A stretch of DNA of 64,000 nucleotides from contig CAWJCY010000001.1 of the NCBI GenBank assembly GCA_963841565.1, positions 1 to 64,000 of the forward strand. Reading direction: 5' to 3'. The notes under the pieces were generated by a model. That model made no database searches and was not told the origin of the DNA. It saw nothing but the letters and a program-made list of their open reading frames with translations. Position numbers and translations under genes: made by a program. This DNA comes from an uncultured Nitrososphaerales archaeon. Lineage in GTDB: Archaea; Thermoproteota; Nitrososphaeria; Nitrososphaerales; Nitrososphaeraceae. Shown here piece after piece: positions 37,826-48,718 of this stretch. Position 1 is the stretch's first letter. Each line of letters begins with the position of its first letter.

Positions 37826-39562
37826 ATGACTATGGATGATACAATTCAACAAGCAATCAAAAAAATAGTATTAAGAAATGCGATGGAATATGGTGGAAGT
37901 GCAAGATATGACGTTGTAATCTCAAAGGTGGTTGGTTTAAGGCCTGATCTACGTCCTATAATAAAGGAACAAATTCCTCTTATTAAGAAAATAGTAGATG
38001 AAGTTAATTCTCTTGATCGGGCTGATCAGGAGAGAATGGCATCGAAACTTATGGTGTTTGAGAATGTCAAAAAGGATGCCAAACGGAAGGAAGAGCCAAA
38101 CCTGCCTCCACTTCAAGGTGCCAGCATGGGAAGAGTTGTGACAAGGTTCCCTCCTGAACCCAACGGCTATCCTCATATCGGACACGCTAAAGCTGCAATT
38201 ATTGACCAAGAATACGCAAGGATGTACGATGGCAGGCTAATACTCAGATTCGATGACACCAATCCACTAAATGAACAATTGGAATTCTACGAAGCTATCA
38301 GGGAAGGACTGGAATGGTTAGGTATCAAACCCGACCTCATCAAGAATACATCTGACGATATGGAATTACTCCAATCATACGGAAGGAAATTGGTTACGAA
38401 CGGAGACGCCTACGTCTGCACTTGTAGACCAGAAGATATTCATTCTATGAGAGCAAAAGGTGTAAACTGTCCTTGTAGGATTCTGGACAGCAGTGATAAC
38501 ATGACGAGGTTGAAGAAATTTTTCGATGGTTCATTTGAGCAGAATGAAGCAATTATTCGATTTAAGGGAGATATGTCCGATCTGAATACTGCGATGCGGG
38601 ACCCCACATTATTCAGGATCATTGATGCTGACCACCCGAAGCTCGGCAGGAGGATAAGGGCATTCCCGACGTATGACTTTGCTGCGCCAATCGAGGATAG
38701 TCTTGACGGTGTCACACATGCAATGCGAACTAAAGAGTACAAACTAAGGAACACATTATACTTCTCGGTACTTAGATCATTGGGCCTTCGCAAGCCATTT
38801 CTGCTAGAGTTTTCACGTCTAGAATTTGAAGGGATGCCGGTTTCTAAAAGAAAACTAAAGCCTCTTATTCAAGGAGGCTTAGTCTCTGGCTGGGATGATC
38901 CCAGGCTCCCGACTTTAGCAGCTCTCAGAAAAAGAGGGATACTACCGGAAGCCATCCACAAATTTGTCCTTTCTCTAGGAATCTCACTTGCCGATACCAA
39001 GCCTCCATTTGAGTCGCTTGAATCATATAACAGAAAGTTACTCGACCCGATATCTCTGCGACTTTTCTTTGTTAAAAATCCAGTTGAAATTAGAATTGTC
39101 AACCCAACCTTGAGTAAGGTTGAATTAAAAAATCACCCTACTGCTCAACTCGGCACTAGAAATGTACAAACATCAGATCGTATTTACATAGATAAAGCAG
39201 ATGCTGACCGATTGAAGGGTGGGCAGGAAATCAGACTAATGGAATTGCACAATATTCGACTCGATGAGGCAATACGAGGAAAAGCAGCTGAATATTTGCG
39301 TGTGCTCAATACTGGGCAGGAGATAAAAACAAATATCCCGAAAGTCCAATGGGTTTCCAACAATGATATGGTACCGTTTACTGTTATAGTACCGGACAAG
39401 CCCTTTATTAACGAAGAATTTAACAAAGATAGTCTTTACACATATAATGGAATTGCAGAATCATACGTCTCAAAGGTACGAGCGGGCAGTAATATCCAGT
39501 TTGTCCGCTTTGGCTTTTGTAGATTGCAAACCAATGGAGTAGCAATATATACGCACGATTAA
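37826..39562 (+). CDS. gltX: glutamate--tRNA ligase
   Basis: RFPPEPNGYPHIGH, RFDDTNP, GWDDPRLPT, QFVRFGF. Confidence 0.96.
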   Translation: MTMDDTIQQAIKKIVLRNAMEYGGSARYDVVISKVVGLRPDLRPIIKEQIPLIKKIVDEVNSLDRADQERMASKLMVFENVKKDAKRKEEPNLPPLQGASMGRVVTRFPPEPNGYPHIGHAKAAIIDQEYARMYDGRLILRFDDTNPLNEQLEFYEAIREGLEWLGIKPDLIKNTSDDMELLQSYGRKLVTNGDAYVCTCRPEDIHSMRAKGVNCPCRILDSSDNMTRLKKFFDGSFEQNEAIIRFKGDMSDLNTAMRDPTLFRIIDADHPKLGRRIRAFPTYDFAAPIEDSLDGVTHAMRTKEYKLRNTLYFSVLRSLGLRKPFLLEFSRLEFEGMPVSKRKLKPLIQGGLVSGWDDPRLPTLAALRKRGILPEAIHKFVLSLGISLADTKPPFESLESYNRKLLDPISLRLFFVKNPVEIRIVNPTLSKVELKNHPTAQLGTRNVQTSDRIYIDKADADRLKGGQEIRLMELHNIRLDEAIRGKAAEYLRVLNTGQEIKTNIPKVQWVSNNDMVPFTVIVPDKPFINEEFNKDSLYTYNGIAESYVSKVRAGSNIQFVRFGFCRLQTNGVAIYTHD

Positions 39563-39580
39563 ACAATAATTGGAAATGAA

Positions 39581-40450
39581 ATGAAGATAGCCAGAGTAAA
39601 AGATTCCAATAATACCGAGACATATGCATTAATCTCAAGTGATGAAAAGAAACTTGTGACCAGAAATGAGATTCAAGATCAAACTGGAATTCCTATACCA
39701 GTTTCAATTAAAGAATTCATGTTTAATGGTTGGTTGGACGAAGTCAGAGAAAATTGTGACAAACTTACTTATTCACATTATGTAAAAGATTTGGATTTAC
39801 TAGTACCTATTCCAAATCCTCCAAAGATATTGTGCTTAGCCTTTAACTACTATGATCATGCAAGAGACGCCGGCCTTACCCCCTCTGACGAACCGGTCAT
39901 TTTCATGAAACCACGAACAACTCTTAATTCACCCTTTAGGGACATAATATGCCCGCCGTTTGTAACTCGGCTTGATTATGAAGCTGAAATAGCTGCGGTA
40001 ATTGGAAAGAACGCAAGAAAGATTCCTGAAGGCAGATCCTTGGACGTTGTCTTTGGATACATGATTCTTCATGACGTCTCGGCTAGAGACATCCAATTCA
40101 AAGATAAGCAATTTACTCGAGGCAAGAGCATGGACACCTTTGCGCCTTGTGGCCCTTGGATTACCACGAAGGATGAAATACAGGATCCACAGAACCTTTC
40201 GATAGTCACAAAGGTTAATGGAGAAACGAGACAGAACTCTTCAAGCATGAATATGGTCCTTTCCATTCAGAAGATTATTGCCAGCTTGAGCAGTGTCATG
40301 ACTATCGAAGCTGGCGACATTATTTCCACCGGTACACCAGCTGGTGTTGCGATGTCAATGAAGGAACCTCGATATCTGAAGGACGGCGATGTGGTCGAAA
40401 TTACTATCGAAAGGCTGGGAACAATTAGAAATCGAGTCACTTTCGCTTAA
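39581..40450 (+). CDS. fumarylacetoacetate hydrolase family protein
   Basis: DYEAE, DVSARD, KSMDTFAPCGP, GDIISTGTP. Confidence 0.92.
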   Translation: MKIARVKDSNNTETYALISSDEKKLVTRNEIQDQTGIPIPVSIKEFMFNGWLDEVRENCDKLTYSHYVKDLDLLVPIPNPPKILCLAFNYYDHARDAGLTPSDEPVIFMKPRTTLNSPFRDIICPPFVTRLDYEAEIAAVIGKNARKIPEGRSLDVVFGYMILHDVSARDIQFKDKQFTRGKSMDTFAPCGPWITTKDEIQDPQNLSIVTKVNGETRQNSSSMNMVLSIQKIIASLSSVMTIEAGDIISTGTPAGVAMSMKEPRYLKDGDVVEITIERLGTIRNRVTFA

Positions 40451-41093
40451 AGAGCTATCTTTTATGTTTGATAGTATTACGATTACAGATACACATGAGA
40501 TGAGAACGTCTCAAAGATCACTTGCGGTGCTAATAGTCGACAATAACTCTCCGTTTACGTCTCACCTGATAGACATTGTTAGTGACTTGGGATATTCTTT
40601 CAATTGCAAGCGATATTCAGAAATAAAGCTAGAGAAGCTTGGGTTGGGGTGCCTGCCTTTGTTCAATAAGGTCATTTTGTCAGGACGAAAGACTGGCAGC
40701 TCAAACATTAACGCGACCAATTCTACTATAGTCAGGTATTGTTATACTAGGAATATACCAATTTTAGGAATATGTTACGGATGTCAGATTATAGCCCTAA
40801 CTTTGGGCGGATCGCTAAGAAGACTTGAAAAGCCGATAAAAGACTTTGATCAAGTGACGGTCAAGGGCGATAATGCTCTCGTGTCTGGCAAGCAAATGCT
40901 AAGGGTTTACAAAAGCCATAAGTTTTGTGTTTCAAAGCTCCCTTCCTGTTTAGACTCTGTTGGAGAATCCCAAACATGCCCAAATGAGATCCTCTTACAT
41001 AAAGAAAAACCGATTTTTGGAACTCAATTTCATCCAGAAGTTAGTGGTACGGATGGAAAAGGCATCTTGGCCAATTTCATGGCTCTAAAGTAA
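40389..41093 (+). CDS. class I glutamine amidotransferase (GMP synthase subunit A-like); true start probably ~40500
   Basis: LIVDN, PILGICYGCQ, GTQFHPE. Confidence 0.88.
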   Translation: MWSKLLSKGWEQLEIESLSLKELSFMFDSITITDTHEMRTSQRSLAVLIVDNNSPFTSHLIDIVSDLGYSFNCKRYSEIKLEKLGLGCLPLFNKVILSGRKTGSSNINATNSTIVRYCYTRNIPILGICYGCQIIALTLGGSLRRLEKPIKDFDQVTVKGDNALVSGKQMLRVYKSHKFCVSKLPSCLDSVGESQTCPNEILLHKEKPIFGTQFHPEVSGTDGKGILANFMALK

Positions 41094-41137
41094 TGTGACA
41101 ACATGATTTTTATTTCCTAAGAAAGTTATGCATCAAT

Positions 41138-42094
41138 GTGTACCCCAGTCCTGAAGAACATAGCATAACTTTGCCAATTGTGGACCCTAGTTCAGACACA
41201 CCACAATTGCCTTTGGTGTTAAACGTCTTGGCATTATATTGGGGAGAGGATCTCTCTTCTCACGTTACTCATGAGGTCAAAGAACAATACAAGGGTGTCA
41301 GGGGATCGGTACTAATTGAAGGAATAGAAATCGCAGAAAAGAAAGGCTTCCGATCAGTGATGTACAAGAGCAACATGAAGGACATCAAAAAGACAATCGA
41401 TGAAGGCATACCGGTAATAACCATTCTCCCAGGGATCCACGACTTGGCTCAGCATGCCACGATAGTGTGCGGATATGAGCCGCAAGAGAGGAGAATTCTG
41501 ACCTATGTACCGGAGCAAGACAAACAGGGAGCTGTTCCTGAAAAAAGATTTGAACAAGAGTGGGAGGAAGATGATACGACATCGATTATCTTGATACCAT
41601 CAGATATGTCAGAAATAGTATCAGATAGGGGATTCAAGTTTCAAAACTCTAACCGTAAGTGTCTTGTCGCAGAACGGTTAAGATTGAAAGGAGATATTGT
41701 CAAAGCCATGGAGGAGTTGACCAGAGCAGTTGATATAGACAGCGACAATCCGCTAGCTTGGTATTCCCTTGGATCAGTATATAGCGATCAAAAATCTGAG
41801 TCAGCTATCGAGTGTTATAGGAAAGCTATACAACTGAACCAACGATACTATCTAGCATACCGCGGGTTGGGAAACTACTACTTAAAAAATGAGGAGTTTG
41901 ACGTTGCTGATGGGTGGTACTCTATGGCAATTGATATAAATCCCGTAAGGTTCGGTCCAATATATAAGAATCGAGCTCTTGCCCGGTTAAAATCGGGTAA
42001 GGGTTCAGTCAAGGAGGATCTGGAAAAATACTTGCAGTATATGCCAGGGGCACCTGACCGTATTTCAATCAAGGAAGCGATCAAGGAACTTTAA
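41138..42094 (+). CDS. peptidase C39-like domain + TPR repeats
   Basis: IDEGIPVI...HATIVCGY core, then TPRs (NPLAWYSLG, YLAYRGLG, IYKNRA). Confidence 0.75.
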   Translation: MYPSPEEHSITLPIVDPSSDTPQLPLVLNVLALYWGEDLSSHVTHEVKEQYKGVRGSVLIEGIEIAEKKGFRSVMYKSNMKDIKKTIDEGIPVITILPGIHDLAQHATIVCGYEPQERRILTYVPEQDKQGAVPEKRFEQEWEEDDTTSIILIPSDMSEIVSDRGFKFQNSNRKCLVAERLRLKGDIVKAMEELTRAVDIDSDNPLAWYSLGSVYSDQKSESAIECYRKAIQLNQRYYLAYRGLGNYYLKNEEFDVADGWYSMAIDINPVRFGPIYKNRALARLKSGKGSVKEDLEKYLQYMPGAPDRISIKEAIKEL

Positions 42095-42265
42095 TGCTTT
42101 TGAGCAATGTGGGCTTAAATTTCTCGCTGGGCGAAATGGTCTACAGGCTTTCGGTAATGCATTAGCCAAATATTACGCAGAACGAACCTGTCGCATCCAG
42201 ATTGCCATTGTCAAACTATAATTGCAAAAGGAACCCATTGCTTGGAATAGGGGGATTGAGAGTTG

Positions 42266-43438
42266 CTATAAGTAGGGTTTTACTTCTTTTAATATGTTCT
42301 GAACCCCATTTAGCCCACGTGCGACCCTCATGAGATGTGATACATTTCTACGATATTGCTCATCACTTATCAAAGTCAGCATAGCCTCTTTTATAGAGTC
42401 TAGAGTCAATCTGTCTTGCCTCAATGAAATGCCGATTTTTAACCCTGAAACCTTATCAGAATTAGCCAACTGTTCTCCATGATTTTCTATTGGAATACAC
42501 AAGAAAGGTTTTCCAAATTGAATTGACTGAGAAATTGACGCATGCCCTGCCCTTATTACTAGAGCATCGCATAGAGAAAATAGCTCGTCTCTAATGGGAC
42601 ACCATTCAAAATACCAACCTGAATCTGAAATCTTTTGTGGAGAAGCATTGCCTCCAGGTTTGCCTTCTGAAATAGCAAATTGTATCTCTGGTTCGAGCTC
42701 CTTAAAGGCCCTCATAACGAGATTTGTGAGAGGTCTTCGAGTAGGTTCGGGGCCACTAATATGAAGAAAAATGAATGGCTTTTCACTGCTTAGATTGAGC
42801 ATCTGGCTCGCTTCTTCTAGCCGTTCCGAGACTATGGTCGGCTTGGGAGCCGTGAAACCTACGTATTTTATCTTACCTGAAGTAGTGCTGACACCCCAGA
42901 TGTTTTTCTCACTTATTGTCATTGGGGGAGGAAGGTCCGGTATCAATATTTTGTCTGCGAATGACCAAAGGGCGCCAAGTAATTGCCCATTAAACTCTTC
43001 GTATAGACGAGCAATTCGTAACTTTCTCAGCGAAGGAGACAGTAATAGTCTGATTTGATTTAGTATTACTATAGAAGGTACTTTAAGGACTTTGGAAATT
43101 ATCAAGGGAGAGAGTCGGCTATCTGAGATAACGAGATCTGGTCGGCATGCAGTGATATTTCTGATTTCTGCGTTCAACTGTTTTGAGAAATTCGAGAATT
43201 GATATGGGAGACTTGCAATGCTTTTCTTAATCGAAAAGGCGCCTTCCGAAGTCCAAGAAAGCTCGAGCGGTGGAACTCTTTCACATCTAAATCCACTGTG
43301 ACTTAGGAAATCAGTTGCTTCCCCAAACGAAGAAAAAGATACTTCGTAGCCTAATTCTCTAACCTCTTCTGCTAGCATCAACATTCTGCTTGCATGACCT
43401 AGCCCTACTCCATAAGGTGAGATATAAATCCTTGACAA
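42266..43438 (-). CDS. GT-B glycosyltransferase (GT28/MJ1255-like)
   Basis: GVGLGHASR, PDLVISD, RAGH..ISQ, IPIENHGEQ..N. Confidence 0.85.
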   Translation of the reverse strand: MSRIYISPYGVGLGHASRMLMLAEEVRELGYEVSFSSFGEATDFLSHSGFRCERVPPLELSWTSEGAFSIKKSIASLPYQFSNFSKQLNAEIRNITACRPDLVISDSRLSPLIISKVLKVPSIVILNQIRLLLSPSLRKLRIARLYEEFNGQLLGALWSFADKILIPDLPPPMTISEKNIWGVSTTSGKIKYVGFTAPKPTIVSERLEEASQMLNLSSEKPFIFLHISGPEPTRRPLTNLVMRAFKELEPEIQFAISEGKPGGNASPQKISDSGWYFEWCPIRDELFSLCDALVIRAGHASISQSIQFGKPFLCIPIENHGEQLANSDKVSGLKIGISLRQDRLTLDSIKEAMLTLISDEQYRRNVSHLMRVARGLNGVQNILKEVKPYL

Positions 43439-43521
43439 GAATTCTGAATCAGTTGAATGGCAGCAAATATTTAGCTTTCAATTGTTGCGGATACGATCTC
43501 TAATATACAAGTACCAATGGA

Positions 43522-44148
43522 CTATTCAGAGGTTCGATCACCTACACAATAAATTCCGCCTCTAGGCTCGGACTCGCTGTAAATGGCACAACTAAATTTG
43601 TATATTTTAACATCGTGGTTCATCCACATGTCCGGAGTCAATCCTGCCTTATAACACAAATTTCGTAGATATTCATCAACAGTCCAGTTATATTCTAAAG
43701 CAACCTGAGGCAGTAGCAGTGATGAGTATTCACCCCAATTTAACATTAATCCATCCACTCCGATCTTTACCATATTTAGATAATCGACAGGCTTAGCAAC
43801 ATTGATCAATTCAGGACGGTTCAAGACACTTACCTCAAAGATCACCTTATCAAGCTCTTCCTCCGAAATAGGTCTAAATCTCGGATCTTGAGTAGCAGCC
43901 GCAACAGCGGCCTCCTCTAATGATGAATAGAATTCACCTTTTGGTAGAGGGAAACCAACACAGCCCCTCAAGGTAATTTCTCCTGACGATAAGTCATGAA
44001 TGGATACAAAAACACCGGCTTGCATCTTAGATTGAACAGAATGTCGTGATCTGGGACCCCTGTCGCTAAATAGTCTTTCAACAGAGTCGCGGGCGATTCT
44101 AACTAATATCTGACCTTCTTCATGAGTTAAAGGTATCATGTACAGCAA
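43522..44148 (-). CDS. AMMECR1 family protein
   Basis: GVFVS, LRGCVG, DPRF, EVSVL, LLPQVA, LCYKAG. Confidence 0.92.
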   Translation of the reverse strand: MLYMIPLTHEEGQILVRIARDSVERLFSDRGPRSRHSVQSKMQAGVFVSIHDLSSGEITLRGCVGFPLPKGEFYSSLEEAAVAAATQDPRFRPISEEELDKVIFEVSVLNRPELINVAKPVDYLNMVKIGVDGLMLNWGEYSSLLLPQVALEYNWTVDEYLRNLCYKAGLTPDMWMNHDVKIYKFSCAIYSESEPRGGIYCVGDRTSE

Positions 44149-44203
44149 CGATTAGAGTTTAGACATGAATTCGATAATGACGGAGGTCATCAAGAGAGTT
44201 GTT

Positions 44204-45247
44204 TCAATCGACTGAACCGCTCTCTCCATAAATGAGTTTCATCTCTTCAAACGTCAGTTTTTCTCCGCCAGACATTTTCTTCAGAGCAGCTTCTTTAAGA
44301 ATATTCCACCTATCTTGATTCTCCTTACTACGTTTACCTTTTTCCTGAGAGGCAGCGTATCTATTCTCTTTTCCTTCACCTCGTGGGTATCTTCTGGCCC
44401 TTTGCTCGGAAGATGCTCTTGTTCTCTTGAATTGAATCGCATTAAGTTGAGTATCAACCATCTCTAATTTCGCATCAGCTTCTCTTACATTCCTGATGTT
44501 TTTACGACGGTCTTCATACAAACTTTCCCTAAGATTTAGCAACTCGTCTAGCTCTGACTTTATTTTTCCAATGCCTTCGCCTAGCTCAGATTTCTGATCA
44601 AACAATTTGTTCATCTTGTTTTTTAGGACATCGTACTGAATCGAAATAGTTCTATACCTATCTTCTTTTTTGTGAATTGCTTTCAAGGAGTACAGTTTGG
44701 TTGCAACTTCTTTTGATTTCAATACCAGTCTTCGTTCCTCATCCTTCGAAAGCTTCTTTGTCTGAATATCGCGCTCAATTTGATCAAGTTGATTATTCAA
44801 ATTTACCAGATCATATCTATCTTTTCTTGAACGTGATGTAGAGGCTTTTTCATCAATTGATTTCATTTGTGCCCTCGCAGCAACGAGTGCATTCTTTAAT
44901 TCGGTAAATTTGCCGAATTCTGCGTCTTTTTGTTCGTTTACCACCTTTAATTTTGCTCTCAAATCATCCAGATTGATTCGTTCATCATCTATGAGTTTCT
45001 TTGTATCGTCTATCTTCTTATTGAGATTTTCAATAGTTTCTTCACCAATCTTCTTTTCCTCAATTAGGGTTTTCTTGAAATCTTGCAAGGTTCTCAGGTT
45101 GGAATCTGATGCGGGTTGCCTAGACGACGTACCCTCTTCTCTATTCCTTGTTTGGGCAGTGGTAGTAGCTGCCGATTTTGCAGAGCCACTGCTCTTATTA
45201 GTATGTTGGTCGCGCATCACGTCGCTTGACGATTGTAATATCACCAA
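44204..45247 (-). CDS. archaeal long coiled-coil protein
   Basis: Continuous heptads, IQTKKLSKDEERRLV, C-terminal GEKLTFEEM. Confidence 0.75.
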   Translation of the reverse strand: MVILQSSSDVMRDQHTNKSSGSAKSAATTTAQTRNREEGTSSRQPASDSNLRTLQDFKKTLIEEKKIGEETIENLNKKIDDTKKLIDDERINLDDLRAKLKVVNEQKDAEFGKFTELKNALVAARAQMKSIDEKASTSRSRKDRYDLVNLNNQLDQIERDIQTKKLSKDEERRLVLKSKEVATKLYSLKAIHKKEDRYRTISIQYDVLKNKMNKLFDQKSELGEGIGKIKSELDELLNLRESLYEDRRKNIRNVREADAKLEMVDTQLNAIQFKRTRASSEQRARRYPRGEGKENRYAASQEKGKRSKENQDRWNILKEAALKKMSGGEKLTFEEMKLIYGESGSVD

Positions 45248-45355
45248 AAATATATTTTTTCTGATCCCATTGACTATTTAATTCTTGCCAACTGGTGGCA
45301 TTTTGATCCCTACATGTTTATATCAGATAACATTCAATAAAATTTGGAATAATGA

Positions 45356-45751
45356 ATGGAAGATTTTGAGAAGAACTACCCGGACTTTGACTGGAAAAAC
45401 CTTCCTGCGTACAAGCATCCCTTAGGTAAAGATTGTCCTTGTCCTAAGCACGAATATATCAGAGAACAAATTAGTGTGGCTAAAAATCTAAACAGCTCCT
45501 CAAGGGATAGAGGGCCTCAGTCTAGGCAGAAAGCTCAGGTTACATTGAAGTTTTGTCCAGATCATTACGATGTATACTTTAAAGAGGTTATTCCCTCCAT
45601 GCCAATGAAATACAAAATCATGACCAAAATTGCATTAAAAATTGGAGCTGTTGTCATTCAAAAGATCCCATACATGATGTCTGATCAATGTTTCTACTGC
45701 CGCTTCGGATCAGGAGGATTTGACAAAAAGACTGAATTGCCACCTATCTGA
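45356..45751 (+). CDS. hypothetical Cys/His-containing protein
   Basis: ATG ORF with CPCPKH, FCPDH and CFYC. Confidence 0.6.
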   Translation: MEDFEKNYPDFDWKNLPAYKHPLGKDCPCPKHEYIREQISVAKNLNSSSRDRGPQSRQKAQVTLKFCPDHYDVYFKEVIPSMPMKYKIMTKIALKIGAVVIQKIPYMMSDQCFYCRFGSGGFDKKTELPPI

Positions 45752-45808
45752 CAGACTCTGTTCCACCTGTTGCAACAATCATCGAATATACGAATTTTTG
45801 ATCTCCAG

Positions 45809-46501
45809 TCAGGACTTCAACAAATTCATAAATGTATTAGCTCTGTTTGAGCTAAACCCTAAGGCTAGAATGTTTCTCAAGATAATGTAAAGATACGGGC
45901 ATGACCTGCCCACTTCGTTTTCATAAGCATAGATGAAATTGTCGTGAATTACGTGATATTCTGAAACCCCCAAGTCCATGATGCTGGCTAAGAAGCTTGC
46001 TATATCCATACTCCTCGAAAAAACAGAATCATCCCCCATAATAAAACTCAAATCAGTTCTGACTAGCTGTCCATGACTGTTTGTAAGGTAGTTTTCCGCC
46101 TTATTATCTAGAAAAACTAATTTGGCATTGTGAAGTCGAGCCGTGAGAATACCTGCTTTGCTCGCCAACAGTGGATCAGCCTTTTTCTCAAAAAGAGAAT
46201 ATAGATTACCCCCCTCAATAAATTCCTCTATTAAGACTTTTTTGCTAATAAACAAGAGAGTTGGGCTAAGAATTTCTAACTTCCTCAACTTTCCTCTCAT
46301 CACAATGCTCTCATTCTGTATTAGCATAGCCCCAAGAGGATGTGGGGAGCTAGGATGCAGTATTAGCACAGACGTTAGCACATAGGCAAATACAAGGATA
46401 AAATCTCTAAAGCCCTTGATCCTCTTGTTGGTTTTTATGACCACTTTACGGCCTTCATATTCGCCTTGCCGAACATGCCTTTGCCAATTCACAAAATGCA
46501 A
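45809..46501 (-). CDS. atypical protein-kinase-like protein
   Basis: VVIK, EEFIEG, RLH...DNKAENY, RTDL. Confidence 0.65.
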   Translation of the reverse strand: MHFVNWQRHVRQGEYEGRKVVIKTNKRIKGFRDFILVFAYVLTSVLILHPSSPHPLGAMLIQNESIVMRGKLRKLEILSPTLLFISKKVLIEEFIEGGNLYSLFEKKADPLLASKAGILTARLHNAKLVFLDNKAENYLTNSHGQLVRTDLSFIMGDDSVFSRSMDIASFLASIMDLGVSEYHVIHDNFIYAYENEVGRSCPYLYIILRNILALGFSSNRANTFMNLLKS

Positions 46502-46570
46502 CTACTACCATATGATTGGAATGTAACTATAAGCTTTATACACAAGAAATATGCATTATGAATTAAGCTA

Positions 46571-47245
46571 GTGCATTCAGGATTACATAGTGCGAAGGAC
46601 TTCTTTACTGAGCAAAACGCCAATACATATGACCAGATCGTGCGATACGCCACAATTGGCAGAGACAATCACTGGAAGAAAAATATTCTGGCCAGGATCC
46701 AAGGAAATACTGTACTAGATCTCGCCTCCGGTACGGGAATTTTGAGTGAGATGATTAGAAATAGTAATGACGCATTAGAAGTATTAAGCTTGGATCTCTC
46801 ATTTGATTATGTCAAGATTTCCAAGAACAGGAGGAAAATTCGAACCGTGGTCAACGCAAACGCAGAAATGTTGCCATTTAGAAATAGAACCTGTGATTGT
46901 ATTGTATCTTCATACTTGGCAAAATATGTAGATATCGACAAATTGGTAACTGAAATTAGTAGAGTAATAACTCCAAATGGGATTGTTGTATTTCATGATT
47001 TTTCATATCCTAGAAATAAGGTCATTAGAATTGGCTGGAAATTACATTTCAAATTGTTGTGCGCAGTAGGCTTAATCGTAACTTCGTGGAGGCACGTCTT
47101 TTCAGAACTTGATCAATTAATTGAGAATTCAAAATGGTCAGAGGAAGTACTTGCATCACTAAAAAGTCATGGCTTTGTCGAAATCAGTTCCATGTATCTC
47201 ACATTCGGTACCTCAAACATGATTGTTGCCAAGAAGAATGAGTAA
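46571..47245 (+). CDS. UbiE/MenG-like SAM methyltransferase
   Basis: YD......G.D..WK, VLDLASGTG, NAEMLPF. Confidence 0.8.
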   Translation: MHSGLHSAKDFFTEQNANTYDQIVRYATIGRDNHWKKNILARIQGNTVLDLASGTGILSEMIRNSNDALEVLSLDLSFDYVKISKNRRKIRTVVNANAEMLPFRNRTCDCIVSSYLAKYVDIDKLVTEISRVITPNGIVVFHDFSYPRNKVIRIGWKLHFKLLCAVGLIVTSWRHVFSELDQLIENSKWSEEVLASLKSHGFVEISSMYLTFGTSNMIVAKKNE

Positions 47246-47945
47246 GGAGGACACTAATCGCCTGAACGAATGGTTCGTGCCAAAGTTCGGTCCCATCCAA
47301 TTTAGAATAGCAATAGGAATTTTATTTTTGCCATATACTGCGATGTGTATATCGTTTGCTTTGCTGGGCTCGCTAATTTCTCCTTCAATCCATTGGGATC
47401 GGATAATCGCTATTATTCTTATCTACTTTTTTGCTTTGGGAATCGGCGCTCACTTTGCTGATAGCATTGGTTCACGTAAGAGGCCTTGGGGCGTAGAAAT
47501 TAGTATACATACTTCGTGGATTATTCTGGTATTGTCTATTTCAGTCGCTTACTCAATAGGCATTTATTTTATTATTTATTTTGTGCCACTGCTTTTAGTC
47601 GTGGCTGTTGCAGAAGGTTTTTTTCTCTTTGCGTATAATTTCGAGAAATTTGGGGGGCGTTTCCACACAAATTTTTGGTTTGTGATAGCATGGGGCTCTC
47701 TCCCAGTCCTGGCTGGGTTCATGATGCAGACCAATGCAATTACTCTTGAATCGATACTCGTGGCGACTGTCGCTAGTGTTATCAGTTACGTTGAAATTAG
47801 TCTTTCGAGGCCTTACAAGGTCCTCAAAAGTAACAATGTGCAAAATGGTTCTGCTAGCACATTAGAAAAGTATCTAAAAATAATTAGTTTTGGCACTCTA
47901 ATTATCGCTATGCTAGCCCTGGCCTTACGTATGATTCTGGGCTAA
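47223..47945 (+). CDS. UbiA-like polytopic membrane protein
   Basis: About 8 hydrophobic segments, AHFAD, FAYNFE..GG.FH; overlaps the methyltransferase gene. Confidence 0.55.
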   Translation: MLPRRMSKEDTNRLNEWFVPKFGPIQFRIAIGILFLPYTAMCISFALLGSLISPSIHWDRIIAIILIYFFALGIGAHFADSIGSRKRPWGVEISIHTSWIILVLSISVAYSIGIYFIIYFVPLLLVVAVAEGFFLFAYNFEKFGGRFHTNFWFVIAWGSLPVLAGFMMQTNAITLESILVATVASVISYVEISLSRPYKVLKSNNVQNGSASTLEKYLKIISFGTLIIAMLALALRMILG

Positions 47946-48001
47946 GGAATGTTTCAAGGGCACACTTTTTTAGTTCTGTCTAGTCAATCTATTCGACGGA
48001 A

Positions 48002-48511
48002 TTGAAAAGAAAAAGGCTTGCTACTGACATATATAATTTGTCAACTTTGCAGAAGGCACTTGTCAAAACAGAAGTTGAGTTAGGATGCAAGATTCCTCCA
48101 CTCCTATTAATTGTTATCATACAAAATGGTTTTTTGGAAAATATACTCCAGTTACTGTTTCGAAGTGATATCGAGGTTATTGTAGAGAGTCAGAGAGAAT
48201 CTGGCTCTGTGTTGTATCGCAAGATTTGTGTTAGAAAGAAACTTGATGGGCTAGTCGTTTTGCATGCTGAATCGAGAATCGAGACTAAGAACCTTCCAAC
48301 CGTGTTGCTTGATAAAATTATTGAAGGAGAAAAGGGGATTGGCAGCTTAATTGAAAATCTTAGAATCGAAACCTTTAGACATATCAAGAATATAGGATTC
48401 GATCAAAGGCAAAAGGCAATATACAGAATTTATGAAATTTACATTAGAAAACAATTGGCTATTACCATAAAGGAGTACTTTCCAATAGACCTACCCCTAT
48501 GGAATTCATGA
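48002..48511 (+). CDS. chorismate lyase-like (UbiC/DUF98) protein
   Basis: LVVLHAESRI, GIGSLI...IETFR, RIYEI...ITIKEYFP. Confidence 0.7.
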   Translation: MKRKRLATDIYNLSTLQKALVKTEVELGCKIPPLLLIVIIQNGFLENILQLLFRSDIEVIVESQRESGSVLYRKICVRKKLDGLVVLHAESRIETKNLPTVLLDKIIEGEKGIGSLIENLRIETFRHIKNIGFDQRQKAIYRIYEIYIRKQLAITIKEYFPIDLPLWNS

Positions 48512-48718
48512 TAAGAAGAACCTTGAATTCAAGTATAGGGTTTCACTATCGTCATTCATTTTGAAAATGGGATAGTTCCTGCTTCTTTATTTGTTTTCTG
48601 AAGAGCAAATAAGGATCATTTCTCGGGATATCCTACCTCAAACTCCCAATCTTTAGATTATTTAAGCAACAAAGAAAATCACAGAATCGCGTTCATCGCT
48701 GAGTGACGGCTGAAATGT

